Shown here: one piece after another, positions 47,667 to 59,853 of the stretch
Numbering within the stretch: position 1 is the first letter of the stretch
How the letters are laid out: each line of letters opens with the position of its first letter
Assembly: GCA_964187785.1 (NCBI GenBank)
Contig: OZ076409.1
Span: 96,970,001-97,034,000, forward strand
Direction: 5' to 3'
Length of the DNA: 64,000 nucleotides
Source of the DNA: Amphiscolops sp. MND2022
Lineage: Eukaryota
Program-made: the position numbers and the translations under genes
Notes under the pieces: model-generated
Databases searched by the model: none
Told to the model about the DNA's origin: nothing
What the model saw: the letters and a program-made list of their open reading frames with translations, nothing else

Positions 47667-48805
47667 TGGTGACAGGAGCTACCGACACCCAACCGCAAAT
47701 TCCCGAATTTCTGACCGGACGAATCCACTCAATCCCGAACCTAGAGAGACAACAATCCACACACAATATCTCTCTGGACACGACTCTGCCAGCCCCGGCC
47801 CCAGAGGCTCCTGAACCTCCTCAGGACTCGTTTAATAGACTAGCCGACGTATTGGTCAATTTGCAAAACAAACCGCAATCTATGACCATCAGACCCGTAC
47901 AAACAACCCCGATGACATTTGATGGGAAAAGTGAAAAATTTGAGCTCTTTGAGGACTTGTTCCATACGATGATGAAAATGCAGCCCACAATGTCAGAACA
48001 AATGAAAATTAATCACTTTCATTCTTTGCTACGAAAGGGAGCATTACAGACATTCAGGAACATAAACTCAATCAACCGTCAAACTCTCGAGGACGTACTG
48101 GTCATATTCCGGAGGAAATATGTCAAACCGGAATCACAAGCAACGGCAAAGCATAAATGGCACCGATTGACCTTCGATCCAAGTACAATGAAACTACCAG
48201 ACTTCTTGGAAGAACTGAACCAAGGTGCAGAAAAAGCATTTGGGGAAAACGCTAAAAGCATGATTGACACCTTGTTATACGCGAAATTACCCCCAAAACT
48301 GAAACGATCTGTCAACATGGCCCGTCTGGAGAATGGCACGTATGAAGAAATAGTTGCTCATCTTGAAAGAGAACTGGAACTCAATGCATTAGAAGAGTCA
48401 GATGATCTGCCAATGGCCACTATGGCCTCGGCGTCCACGAGCCATAACAACTTACTGTCCAATGGTATCAACACAAATAAAGACGCCCAATGCTCATACT
48501 GCAAGGCGACGGGTCACTATTACAAAAACTGCCCGAAACTCAAGAAGAAAAAGGAAATGGAGGACAAAGACGGTAAAAAACCTCAGCGTCCAACTTACCC
48601 ACCGTGTGACACATGTGGCAAAAAGAACCACCCAACCGAAAGATGCTGGCAAGGCGCTGGCGCCCACCTGCGACCTAAAAGGATGCAGACAGAACAAAAC
48701 GACCGAAATGCTATAGAATCCGAAGGAAAGCCTAAAAAAGCAAATGACCCAGAAACAGCTACTTCAAGCCAATCCAATACTAAAAAATCTGATTCAAAAA
48801 ACTAA
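47117..48805 (+). CDS. gag: Gag (562 aa), starting inside the 5' LTR
   Basis: Capsid-like region (TFDGKSEKFELFEDLF...); two CCHC knuckles CSYCKATGHYYKNC and CDTCGKKNHPTERC. Confidence 0.93.
   Translation: MPSTRRQKAKARRSREMDMLSDYDNLDVMLGNENNNPIERELAEVIDQSSAHGDDDTNVYHENEFRDYLHENEPLRQNQVRQSFEAFSSEFNLRLSQEMESMMSIMHSQINRAITTAIAERVIPEIQNIANSMSSMGHRDTEASSSPNSQENRESAPGPKIKIAKKDSRSVGDLRDTMGHGSYMVTGATDTQPQIPEFLTGRIHSIPNLERQQSTHNISLDTTLPAPAPEAPEPPQDSFNRLADVLVNLQNKPQSMTIRPVQTTPMTFDGKSEKFELFEDLFHTMMKMQPTMSEQMKINHFHSLLRKGALQTFRNINSINRQTLEDVLVIFRRKYVKPESQATAKHKWHRLTFDPSTMKLPDFLEELNQGAEKAFGENAKSMIDTLLYAKLPPKLKRSVNMARLENGTYEEIVAHLERELELNALEESDDLPMATMASASTSHNNLLSNGINTNKDAQCSYCKATGHYYKNCPKLKKKKEMEDKDGKKPQRPTYPPCDTCGKKNHPTERCWQGAGAHLRPKRMQTEQNDRNAIESEGKPKKANDPETATSSQSNTKKSDSKN
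47667..47680 (+). promoter_or_regulatory. PBS TGGTGACAGGAGCT, within the gag frame
   Basis: Abuts the 5' LTR. Confidence 0.85.
48796..48802 (+). promoter_or_regulatory. -1 ribosomal frameshift heptamer A AAA AAC
   Basis: X XXY YYZ directly before the gag stop; pol is in the -1 frame. Confidence 0.8.
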
Positions 48806-51800
48806 TTTTGCCACGACTCCAAATACATGACTATATGTCGGTTCGACAATACGTCATTTCAGATCCTCCAATAATCAAATACAGCCAAACAATCAAGGAT
48901 ACAAAAGGAATTCCCACTGTTGTCTGGCAGCAACAAATGGAAAAAGCCTGTATTCGAACTTATAAAATAGTACATAATGATCGCCCAGACCGATTTTACG
49001 AAATCGACTATACTAAAGACTTCGAGACTCAATTCCGTCCCTTACCCTTGATCGAAGATTATCACCCTCATTACCCCGATCCTGATTACGGCAAAGACCC
49101 GTATTGGGACGACGAAATCTACGACAGACAAAAACTCCAGTTTAGACAAGACGAATATCCACCAACGGACGACGAGGATGATCCCCCGATAGTGGACAAC
49201 AAACTATCCAGGGCCCTCATTGAACTTTGGCAGCCAAATTCCGAAGCACTGTTAGAAGAAATAGAGGAAACTCAAGAGCAAGAAGACTTTCAAGGCCCCG
49301 ACAGCCTTTTAGACGAAACAGCCTCCTTGCACATTCTAGTGGAAAAACAAGGAGAACCGTCATACGTTCCCCTCTCCACCAACCTTGGCCTCAAAATCAA
49401 AAGGCGGATGCTATATTTCCCAATGGACTTTGGAGAACTAACATTAGATGGTCTCATAGACACTGGGGCCCACTCCAGCGCGATACCAGAAGCTGACCTT
49501 AGGAAAATACGGCTACTTGCACCCCAATCAATAGTGAAAGAGGGTCCTGCCCCGTCATTCCAAATTATGGTCGCAAATGGAGACCTGGAAACTCCGAAGA
49601 GTACAGTAGAACTGAAGTTCGAAGTAGGGGACATAGAGTTCCACGAAATCTTCATAGTGATGGAAAAGTTATCCAGCCCCATAATTGGACTTATGTTCTT
49701 ACAAAGAAACCACACAGTCCTAGATATGCGCCAAGGCATACTTAACTTTCCCTTCTTCTCGATGCAATTGAAAACAGCTGACCATAAGTACTCCAATGTA
49801 ATGGAACCTATCCTCAACCCCGAGGATATAACGATTCCGCCAAATGGACGTACAATCATCCCTATCCAATCTCAAATTTATGCAGAAAACGCTGTCACTG
49901 GAATCTTACCACCCAGTGACCTTCTAAACGAAGAAAATGATATAACATTTTGTGCCGCCATAGTCACACTGGACGAAGGGACTACGAGGATCCATGTCAA
50001 CAACTTCACAGACCAACCCTTTAAACTCAAAAAAGGGATGCACATAGCGAATTTCTCAGTGATGACTCCAGAGCAAATGAAACATGTTAGGCCAATAGAC
50101 CCAGTGTCCACTTGGCACCTACTCAATGAAAATGAAGAAGATGCTATTTATTACATCAGCAGCCTTCTCAAAGCCAACAGGAACAATGACCAATACGAAC
50201 AATACTGGTTTCCAACACCCGAAAACCCAGGGGACGAAGAGTCCCATACTCCAATACAAAAGAGAATTCTTAGAGAATTACGAAACCTGCAAGAAGCAGA
50301 AAAACTAAATCCACAAGACAATGAAGAATCTCGACAAAAATTCCTCAGTAATTTTGACTGGAAGGACTCAATGCTACAACAGCATGAAATCAAACAGATA
50401 GAAGCGCTATTAGTCGAATTTCACGACATATTTGCCCGTCATAGGTTTGACATTGGTATGAATGAGGAGTTCACGGTCAAATTGACCCCGAAGGACGACT
50501 TTCCTGCCTACAGCCAGAGCTTACCAACTCCGGTCAATTTGAAAGAGGACATATTGGTCGAATTAGCGTCACTACACAAATATGGTATTATAACAACATT
50601 ACCATTCTCAAAGTACGCTAGCCCTATCTTTGCACAAAAGAAGCCTAATGGGAAACTGCGACTACTGGTAGACCTCCGGAAGATCAACAATCTCATTTCT
50701 GACGACTATATCAACAACAACCATCCAGTCAGCACCTTAACGGACGCTGCACAACATATGGCCGGAAAGAAACTTTTCTGTAAGCTTGACTGTTCGCAAG
50801 CGTACCATTGCCTTCAAATGGCGGACCAACGGTCTATAGAGATGTTGGCCTTCAACTTTGCCAGCCGAACGTTTGCATATCGAAGATTGGCCCAAGGTCT
50901 CAGTAGAGCCTTATCGGCATTCTCCAGTTTTTGGCAAACTCGAAAGGACCCATGCCTCACTCAAAACAAATTTGAAAATGGCCTCAGGGGAATATCGACG
51001 CCAATGGCATAAATATTTACCATTAGCAGTACTCAACTACAATACCACATACCACTCTAGTATTGGATGTGAACCGAGTAAAGTCTTCCACGGCCGGATT
51101 CCCTATAACGTCCTAGACCACAAATTGGGAAATAACCCCAATAAAAATTTTCTGCCAACTACAGAATTTGCGGAGGAAGTACAGCAGAGGACACAAATCC
51201 TCATAGATCAAACAAAAAAGAACATAATGCAGTCTTATTTGAAATATAAAGACTATTACGACCGAAAGGCAAAGGCTGCCCCACTTAAAGAAAAGGACTA
51301 CTGTTTTGTTCTACAGCCTAAAGCGGACAGTCAGGCATCAAAAATTCCATTCAAGGAATACAGGTGGATTGGACCATTCGTCATTCAAAAAGTACTGTCC
51401 AACGACAATTATATTGTCCGTCGTCTAAATACAAATAAAACTCAAATACTTCATCGTATTAGACTAAAGAAATTCGTCCCGAATGCCCCTTTAGAGGACA
51501 AGTTCGATGGAGAAAAATTACAACCCGACAATGAGATAGTAATCCCGCAAGACGATTTGTACACTATCTCATGGGAAGTAGACTTTGAGTACGACTTATT
51601 TGAACCGAGGAAGGAAAATTGGACAGACGTGGCCACACGCCGGCCGACGGACGCCGAGTCCACTAATACGGACAATGACGTTACCGACGAGGAAAGCGCT
51701 AGCACTGAAAGCCGCAGCGAGCGCACGACAAGAAATTACGTCACCGAGAACGAACGCGCCAGCAATGAAACTTACAATGAGCGCACGACAGAATATGACG

Positions 51801-52066
51801 TTACCGAGAACGAAATATCCCCGAGAGGGAACAATAGCAGTGACGAACCGTCCCCGCAGAATGAAACGCCAAATGAGACTGAGAATGAAAATGACGTCAC
51901 TAATGATTTAAAAGATACGGAAAACGTTTCAAACACAGGCGCAGATATTACCGTGCCCGGAATATCAGAAACTGGAAATTCAAATGAAAATTCGAGCCCT
52001 AGAGGAGGGAAATACAATCTTCGACCTAACCCTACCCCCAACTTTACTGATGAATACAGATACTAG
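48802..52066 (+). pseudogene. pol: pol of element D: protease (LIDTGA), dUTPase-like linker and RT N-half, fused out of frame to the integrase C-half
   Basis: At ~50930 LSAFSSF joins GKLERTHASLK; YVDD, RNase H, HHCC and both catalytic Asp of integrase are missing. Confidence 0.93.
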
Positions 52067-52302
52067 TCAGAAAACTTGAATTACCAGTCCCTTTATTTCA
52101 CTTCCAGCCCTTGAGGACTTTTATTTTTTACTTGGGACTACTCTGACTGATTTTTCTTACCGATTACTGGAACGATTATATACAAAAAGAGAGACTCAGT
52201 GGCGAATAATACAAAGCCACACAAACAAGCAACAAAGAAGAAATTATACAAAACAGTTTACAGAAACTACAGAGTCTAGAAACAAATGTACTCTTTGTAA
52301 AT

Positions 52303-55300
52303 TTAAGATTTAGAAGTTCCAGGAGCGTTTATATTGGAGGACTGATTGGCGTCTGATCCACTCGTGGGCTTGAAGCAAACCTTTCTACTCTTCTCGGGGG
52401 TCTGCTTGCGGGATTTACCTCCTTCTTTCGATGAGGAACTGGAGACGCACTCAGGGTCGGGCCGGACACCTTTACACAGAGCTTTATATACAGCAACCAG
52501 AATCTTGTGAAAATTAGCCCTGCCAAAGCTGTCAACGTGAGTCCAGGGATCTCCGGGGACATTGCCGCTGCTGAACCGCAACTCCAGATCTTTGAATGTA
52601 CCCAGGGAAGCTTCAGTAGTACAAGCAGCTACTGCGCCCGAAACGTTGGCGAGATAAGACTGGGCGGGCATGATTACGTCGAACAGCCGACTGCGGGGTT
52701 CACTACAATCGACCCCAGAAAACTTGACGGCTGGGAGCTCTGGCGATTTGGACGTGAGGCACAAACAGCTCAGCTGGAAGAGGTGGAATAAATGCTTGCG
52801 CATCTTCAGCTCTGGCATTCCCATCAAGGTCACAACCATGTCTGTGAAGACCTCTGGGGTGTTCTTGGCTCCAGAGTTGACTTCCCGAAAGTACTCTAGA
52901 AATTCGACGTACTCGTCGCGGATGTCGGCCTCTGAGGAATTCTCCAACCACCCTCGCAAGCTGAAGGAACGGTGGAGCGCGGAAAAGCAATATGTGGCCT
53001 GCTCAAGAGGCAAGTTCAGGAGGGCTACCGGGTCGAAACTGGCTAGACCCCTGATGATACCAGCATTGAGGCTAATATCGGCCAAAAAGACTTTCAGCAG
53101 GTGGACGAGATAGCTTCGGGCCTTGGTGGCGAACTCGTCCCGGGTGGCTTCAACTGCGGCTTCTGTCTCTTCTGGAGTCAACTGCTTTTCGCTGTAAATC
53201 CTCTTTACTCGCGCAAGGCAACAAGCATCAAGATTCTCTTTCAACTTCAGCCGACTCAGGAAATCGCGGTTTGACAACTGCTTCCAATTTTGTCCCTGCA
53301 TGTCATCCAGGGCCTTCCAGTCCAAAATCTCTGGAACATGCTTGGGAAGCAGGGCACGCGCGGCTAACTTGCGGATGAAGGTGTGGAATTCCCGGAAGGT
53401 GTAGAATCCACTGTCCCTTTGCTGGGCAAACTGGCTCTCGAAGCTCTTGGTGTCTGGAATACAAAACATATATGATTACCCTAATTGGTCCATTCTACGG
53501 CTACGGACCTAAAGTTGGAAGTCTACTACATCTTGGTCAGGTTTCTTGTAAAAGCAAACAAAAATAGGACTCTGTGTCCATGTGACAAGACAAAAGAGGT
53601 AGATACTAACAATCACGAACGATCCGCGCGAAGAATTCCAGTTTGATGGTGAAAAAATCATCGCCGATGATCTCCCATTCCAAACTCTGGGGTTTGTGTT
53701 TGACACCCTGGTGCACTTGTGGGGGAGCAATCTTAGTGAGATACTGGTGGATGGCCTTCCAGTTCGCGATCAATTCGGAGCATATGGCGGGCACGGCAGA
53801 AATCTCCGGATGACAGGTCGACATAGCCTATAGACAATATCAAAATTAAAATCGACCTGTGGTTGGACCTACAGTCGATGTGACGTTGTCCTTACCTTGA
53901 CGAATTCAGGCATCAGTGCGGCCCAGGGTTGTCCGCTGCAACCGTCTAGAAAGGTGACCAGAAACTTCAGCTGCGAGAAGAAGCTAATGGCCCCAAATAC
54001 GCTGCCCCATCGCTCGTGCATCATGCTGGGTAGACTCAGTGCATCGAATCGGAAGGGGTACTCTATTCCCTTCTGGAAGAGTTGAGAACGCTCAAGCAGA
54101 GGGATCAATTCTGCGGGACACCCAGACACACTCACGATTTGAGGCTGGGCGGACAACACAGACAAGAGGCGAGAAAGAGCATGCAGGAAGCCTGCAGCAG
54201 GTTCCGAGGCTGTGCGATAACGCAGTAGTCGGACAACGTTGAGACAGTCGCCCTTCCAGAATCGGATTGACACGAAACTGTAGGTGCCTCGTGTCTCAAA
54301 CTCCAAGGAGTACTGTCCAGTGACGCTGACGTGGTACGCAATGTCCGCGATACCGCAGAGGAAGATGTGATGGAAGATCGTCTAAAATGAACCAACAGGG
54401 ATGAAAATATGCTGAGGCTATAATGGCCTGAAGGACCTAGAGGCTTAAAATGGATGATACTTACAGTCAGCGTGGTAGAACCCCAATCGTAGGGGGAGAA
54501 CAGGTTCTGGTGATTGGTCACGGTGCCAATCTGAGCCCACAGCAGCTCGAGGACATGGAGGTCTCCGCATCGGGGAGCAAATAGGGCTACCATGGAGATT
54601 TGGACGCACAATCTGATTTCCTCCTGCCCAGCAACAGATCCTAGCCCGGCCATGTGGTCCTCGTAGAAAGGATAACTACATCCCATCTCGACTAGGGGAA
54701 CCTGCATGAAGAAGGGCTTCTCACGCTCTAGCTCAAGAGGGGTCAGCACTTGTCCTTTCTTCCCTCTGACTTCATGGACGATTCGACCAGTCACTGCGTC
54801 CTTCTTCTTCAGGTGTTCATATCTCCAGCGCTGGTCCTTGCGGAAATGGGCCTCGCACTGGAAATGACGCACAATCTCTCGGGCGCCTTTGGAGAACATG
54901 GACACGTTGGTCTTGCATATCTGGCAATAAAACTTGTGTTTATTATGCTCAGGGTCCAACGGTCCAGTAACAAAAGTCCGAGTCCACTGTATTCCCTTGA
55001 AATAGGCCTCCTTCATTATTTTGCCACTTCGGGCAGGAACTCGGCGGCGTTTGCGAGGAGGACTAACGGCAGAGGTTTGATCCCCTGTCAAGGTAGCTAA
55101 TGGCTCATAGTCCGTGGAGCAGAACCCAGGACTAGGAACTTGCTGGCTGGTTGTCGGCCTACTTGCACTGAGGGAATCTTGAGCAGGAGGACTAGGAGGA
55201 GGGGCAATGTTGAGTTCTCTCCCGGTTCTTTGAGAATTCACCACGAACTCATCCTCAGAACTGAGGGCTCCACTTGTGTACCCTTCGGTACTAGCGTCAC

Positions 55301-56240
55301 TATCCAGTCCAACTAATCCAGGACTGTCTGACTTCTTGCGGAAGCACTTGACTCGTTGCCGATTAGGACTCTGTTGAACATTCTGTGACCTGATTCCTAC
55401 TCGGATGGCTGCTTCCAAGATGTTCTTCATCTGATGAAGGGACGAAGTAATGGTCTCAGAGGACACAGCGCGCAGAATGGAATGTACTTGGCCCTGATTA
55501 AAGGCCACTGTGGCATGCCCGACTGGAAGGATACTCGGATTCGTTTCGCTGAAATGTTGATTGATGAGGGTCCGAGCAGAAGCAGACAAAGGCCTAGTAG
55601 GACTAAGAAGCTTCGGGGACGGAGTATCAGGCAACCCAGCTGTAGTCGACGGTCCAGCCTCCTTGGGGACTTCAGACTCCACAACGCTCAAACTCTCCAT
55701 GTTAATCAGGAAAGGAGGTTCTTTAAGGGTCTCTGCGCCAGAACTGTCAAGCAACTCTTCGTTGTCACTTGTGTCAGTTTGGAAATAATCTGCCTTAGCG
55801 ACAGAAAAGCCAGTTTCACTTCGGATGTCAGCTGCAGGGTCGACATCGACTTCACTCGACTCCTGATTGGAGGCTTCTCCCACTACCTGAGGAATGGGGT
55901 CCGACTCGGAGACTTTCTCAATAGCTGGATGGACAGCCTTATCTACAATAGCAGCGCTAGTAGGGGGCAAGAAGGAGATGTCAAGACCAAGGCCCTGGCA
56001 ACCCAAAGTCTGCAATTGACGGTCAATGTAAGCGGAAATGCTTTCATCCGTAGAAGGGCTTGGGGTCGGAGCAGTCTTATCAGGATTATCTCCTGGCGGC
56101 ACTAGTTGTGTGGACTCAGGGTCTGCAGGGATCGAAGAGGCCTGACTGGTACCAGCTTCTTCGGGAATGGCAACTTCTTCTTCAGTCATGGATGCAGTAG
56201 CGGTGGCAGGAACAATATCATTTCGCTCTTCGGACGTCAT
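52303..56240 (-). CDS. Antisense 4-exon cargo gene, ~1209 aa, zinc-finger / hAT-transposase-like protein
   Basis: Exons 56240-54465, 54381-53896, 53827-53611 and 53453-52303. GT-AG introns give an open frame of 3630 nt. Alternative start at 56294. AATAAA at 52097-52092. Confidence 0.88.
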
Positions 56241-57521
56241 GTCTAAACAGAAAGAGATAAACTCAAGCGGATAACTTCCTGAGAAAGAGTCCATTACCGC
56301 ATTAAAAATCTTCCGGAAGTAGATATTTCGAACTCAAGTGAACACTTGTGTTATGGGACAGGAAATACGTGAATGAAATGAGAGCCCTGATCAAGCCTCA
56401 GATTAATTCAATACTAAAATAGAAACAAAACCTGAAAAGCTACTGACCTGTTTGAATGCAAAGAAGGATGTCTTGAGAAGGGAGTGCTGTGTACAGTTAG
56501 ACTGGTGGTCACTGAATTGAAAGCTGAGCGATCAGTAGAGGAGGAGGACGAAGCTGGACTGGTGGCAATACAGCAGCAGTTGTAAGGATAAGACAAATTC
56601 TTCTTTGATGAGGGACAAGAAAGATTGCTGGAGATGAATTAGCGAAAAGGGACTCAGTGTCGATTGTCCTAGGATGACCCAAGAAATCCACAAAAGACGT
56701 AATCGGAAGAAATTACAAATGACTACTTCAAATGAATACGGAGTAAATACGACTAGAAGACTAAAAGACTAGAGATGATTAAATACTGGACGATAATACA
56801 AAGAGTAACTGGAAAGAATTTGAAAATAATGAATTGAAAAGAGAATTGGCAATGTGACAAGATGTCAAAGTTGGAGTTCGTGGCTATACAGTTTGGTGTC
56901 AAATTTACAAGATATTTACAATTTACACTATTATGTGGATAGAGTCTGCCAGCGATATCTACATTCTTTCATTTATCTTATTTCGAAACTTTACCATTTT
57001 ATAAAATATTTCATGATTTTACCAGGATTTTATTTAATTTTAGGTCATTTTATATTATTCCTTATATGGATTTACGACCTTGGGGAGCCATTTTTACTCA
57101 AGAGAAATTTTGCTGCATTCCTATTGGTTGATCAGAAACGCTGATGGACGGCGTGGCCGTCTGCCATAGCTTCACCCTCTTGAAACTTTTAAGTGATTGT
57201 TGAGTGTTAATAAACACTTGAAGCGACGCTCTTAATATGGAAGTGTTGATAGAGTTGATGTAAGTCAACAAAGCCTCGGTCGGCATTTTCAAAGAAGACT
57301 GAGCGGCTAGTTAATAGACTCTAGAAAGAAGGAATTTTGTTATTGAAAATTTAGTCAGCAAGGAAGGGAGAAACCCCGGGAAACTGAAACGAAAACTCCC
57401 GCAAGTCGACAGAAGGGGAAATCGCCATTGTTTCAGTTTCACTTTTGAAAATCAGCAGCTTCTCAAAACTCAAGACTTAAAACCTTTTAGTCAACTGTCC
57501 AAGATAGCTAAAAAACTGATC

Positions 57522-58361
57522 ATGGATAAATTCCTGGCAACTCACTTCGACTGTGATTCTCCTCAATATTACCCCGAGGACTTTCAGGGGGCAGCGCCCG
57601 GAGACGGAATAATATATATATCATCGGACGACGACATGGAATGTGTCAGCAGCGCATCTGTTGACGACCTAGAAAGCCTGTCTGACGACGATGAGATGGC
57701 CCTCCTGGCTCAATGCGTGGAGAGACAGATGGAGCTTCCATCGACATCAGAAGCAATTTCCATCCCTTCCTCTGCCAATAAACAGGAAGTGACACGCGCC
57801 GCGACTCCCAGACTAGCGTACGTCCCTGGGCCTATGTTCGACGCTGGCTATTTTGACTTGGGAATGGGCAGAGGGCCAATTGCGAGAGACCCGCGACTAA
57901 GGAATGATCACCCGATCAATTTGTGTAGCCAGCTAATCCCCATGGTCGACACGCCTATGTCTCCCCCAGCCGTCGACAAATATCCGTCAGGCGACTGGAG
58001 AATAGCAGCGGAAGCCGCTACTAGTAGCAAACAAGAACATGCCAACGGAATACACTTCAGGGGACCAAGTGGCGCAGATAACCCCTACATCTCAGGATGT
58101 ACGGACTGCCTCGTCTGCGGGAAATCAGTCGAACAGATTCAAGACGAGGCAGTCATCGACTACCTTCATAAAACAACCATCCAAGGAGAATCGGCCCTCC
58201 AATTCAACGCAAGAAGGCTAGCCTTCCTAGAAGGAATGAAGGTGGGATGTTTTATGCTCATTCCAGGGGGAGTGTCCCAGGCGTCCGCCTGTGATGGAAA
58301 TCTTTATACAATCAGTCACGACTACAGGAAGGCGCAGCCCAACACCCTCCCACTGAATTAA
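57522..58361 (+). CDS. ORF3: 279-aa accessory protein of element D
   Basis: Homologous to 10509-11342 (YPxDFxGAAP, GRGxGPIxRDxRxRNxHPIxLC, DCxxCGKS, PGGVSQAxACDGNLYTI); last 89 nt lie in the LTR. Confidence 0.87.
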   Translation: MDKFLATHFDCDSPQYYPEDFQGAAPGDGIIYISSDDDMECVSSASVDDLESLSDDDEMALLAQCVERQMELPSTSEAISIPSSANKQEVTRAATPRLAYVPGPMFDAGYFDLGMGRGPIARDPRLRNDHPINLCSQLIPMVDTPMSPPAVDKYPSGDWRIAAEAATSSKQEHANGIHFRGPSGADNPYISGCTDCLVCGKSVEQIQDEAVIDYLHKTTIQGESALQFNARRLAFLEGMKVGCFMLIPGGVSQASACDGNLYTISHDYRKAQPNTLPLN

Positions 58362-59845
58362 GTTTTACAAGCAAAACTATATTTGTTGCTTTAAAAAGTC
58401 ATGTAAAACTCTATATATTTCATTTTGTACAAGTTATATTATGCAATTCTATGTATTAATACGAGTTAATTGGACACCAAGGCGTACAGGTAAAGGAAAC
58501 GCGTTCAAATGTTTTCTTGCCTGTCGCCTTGGTCCGCAAGTCCGACTAACTCGTCATCCAATCATAGCGCAGTGTTATGTAACCTTTACTCGTGCTAGCT
58601 TAATAGATTAAAGGACTAGACAGCTATATGCCGCCTGCTAATAAAGCGCCGGGCTGTACCAGTCTATTGGACACTGAGTCCGCGCTTTAATTGAGAGTGC
58701 TATTCTATCTAGCAGTACTGGTTATGTAATAATTAATCTTTTGATAACTAATAAAAGGCGCTATTGGTCCTCAAAGGACTGATTTAATATTTTAGACTTA
58801 GTTTGATGGTGTTGCTTCATATGTAATTTGCGCAATATATTTAGTTTAGAATATATGTAAAATTACTATCTATACATGTAGTAAGCATTTCATACATGTA
58901 ATATGTATTTCATACATGTAGTACGTTGCTCAGTATGCATGTAAGCAGTTGCTTGTCCTAACGGACTCATGGTCCCGCCGCCATATTTGCCGCCAAGAGG
59001 GACCTTTGATCTATATGATGTAATGTTGACGTTGCCTGCTATTTATAGATTGTAGCTATATTTAGAAAGTCCTTAAGGCTATTTTTAGAATATGATCACC
59101 ATTTTATTGAGTGTCATGCAGATTCAAATATATATAACCGGGACTGGTGGTCCCGGGGACAGAATTATTCTGACGATACTTTGATACGTTACTGTTGCAT
59201 TACTGTTGCGAACTGTTTATTAAAACTACCCGTTCATTTTCACTTTGCAAGCCCGAGATATTAATTTAAATTCTTGCCTCTTGCAATAATCTCTTATGCC
59301 TTCTACTAGACGTCAAAAGGCCAAAGCTAGGAGATCTAGAGAAATGGACATGCTGTCCGACTATGATAACCTAGATGTGATGCTGGGAAATGAAAATAAT
59401 AATCCCATTGAAAGAGAACTAGCCGAAGTGATAGATCAGTCGTCGGCCCACGGGGACGATGATACAAACGTGTACCATGAAAATGAGTTCAGGGATTACT
59501 TACATGAAAATGAACCTTTGAGGCAAAACGAAGTCAGGCAATCCTTTGAGGCCTTTTCAAGTGAGTTTAATCTTAGATTGTCTCAAGAAATGGAATCTAT
59601 GATGTCAATAATGCATAGCCAAATAAATAGAGCTATAACAACAGCTATAGCTGAAAGAGTTATTCCAGAAATCCAGAATATTGCGAACTCGATGTCCTCT
59701 ATGGGACACAGGGACACTGAGGCCAGTTCGTCCCCAAATAGTCAGGAGAACAGGGAAAGCGCACCCGGGCCTAAAATAAAAATTGCAAAGAAAGATTCAA
59801 GATCTGTAGGTGACTTAAGAGATACCATGGGTCATGGTTCTTACA
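58273..59845 (+). repeat. 3' LTR of element D
   Basis: Preceded by PPT AGGGGGAG; followed by TSD ATCAA. Confidence 0.97.
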
Positions 59846-59853
59846 ATCAATAA
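59296..59853 (+). pseudogene. LTR-encoded duplicate of the Gag N-terminus (185 aa)
   Basis: Copy of 47117-47666; stops just outside the LTR. Confidence 0.85.

Larger units (their letters stand above)
46094..59845 (+). mobile_element. Gypsy/Ty3 LTR retrotransposon (element D, 13.75 kb), pol internally deleted, with antisense cargo gene
   Basis: LTRs at 46094-47666 and 58273-59845 (2 differences seen); TSD ATCAA; PBS 47667-47680; PPT 58265-58272. Confidence 0.97.

Noticed and set aside
49800..50070. Active dUTPase between protease and RT
   Set aside because: Resembles the fold only; canonical dUTPase motifs are not recognisable, and such linkers are common in animal Gypsy elements
54132..54464. 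C-terminal extension of the 720-aa ORF, and similar ends of the 593-, 146- and 409-aa ORFs
   Set aside because: Read-through into introns or off-frame sequence; B/D homology follows the spliced frame
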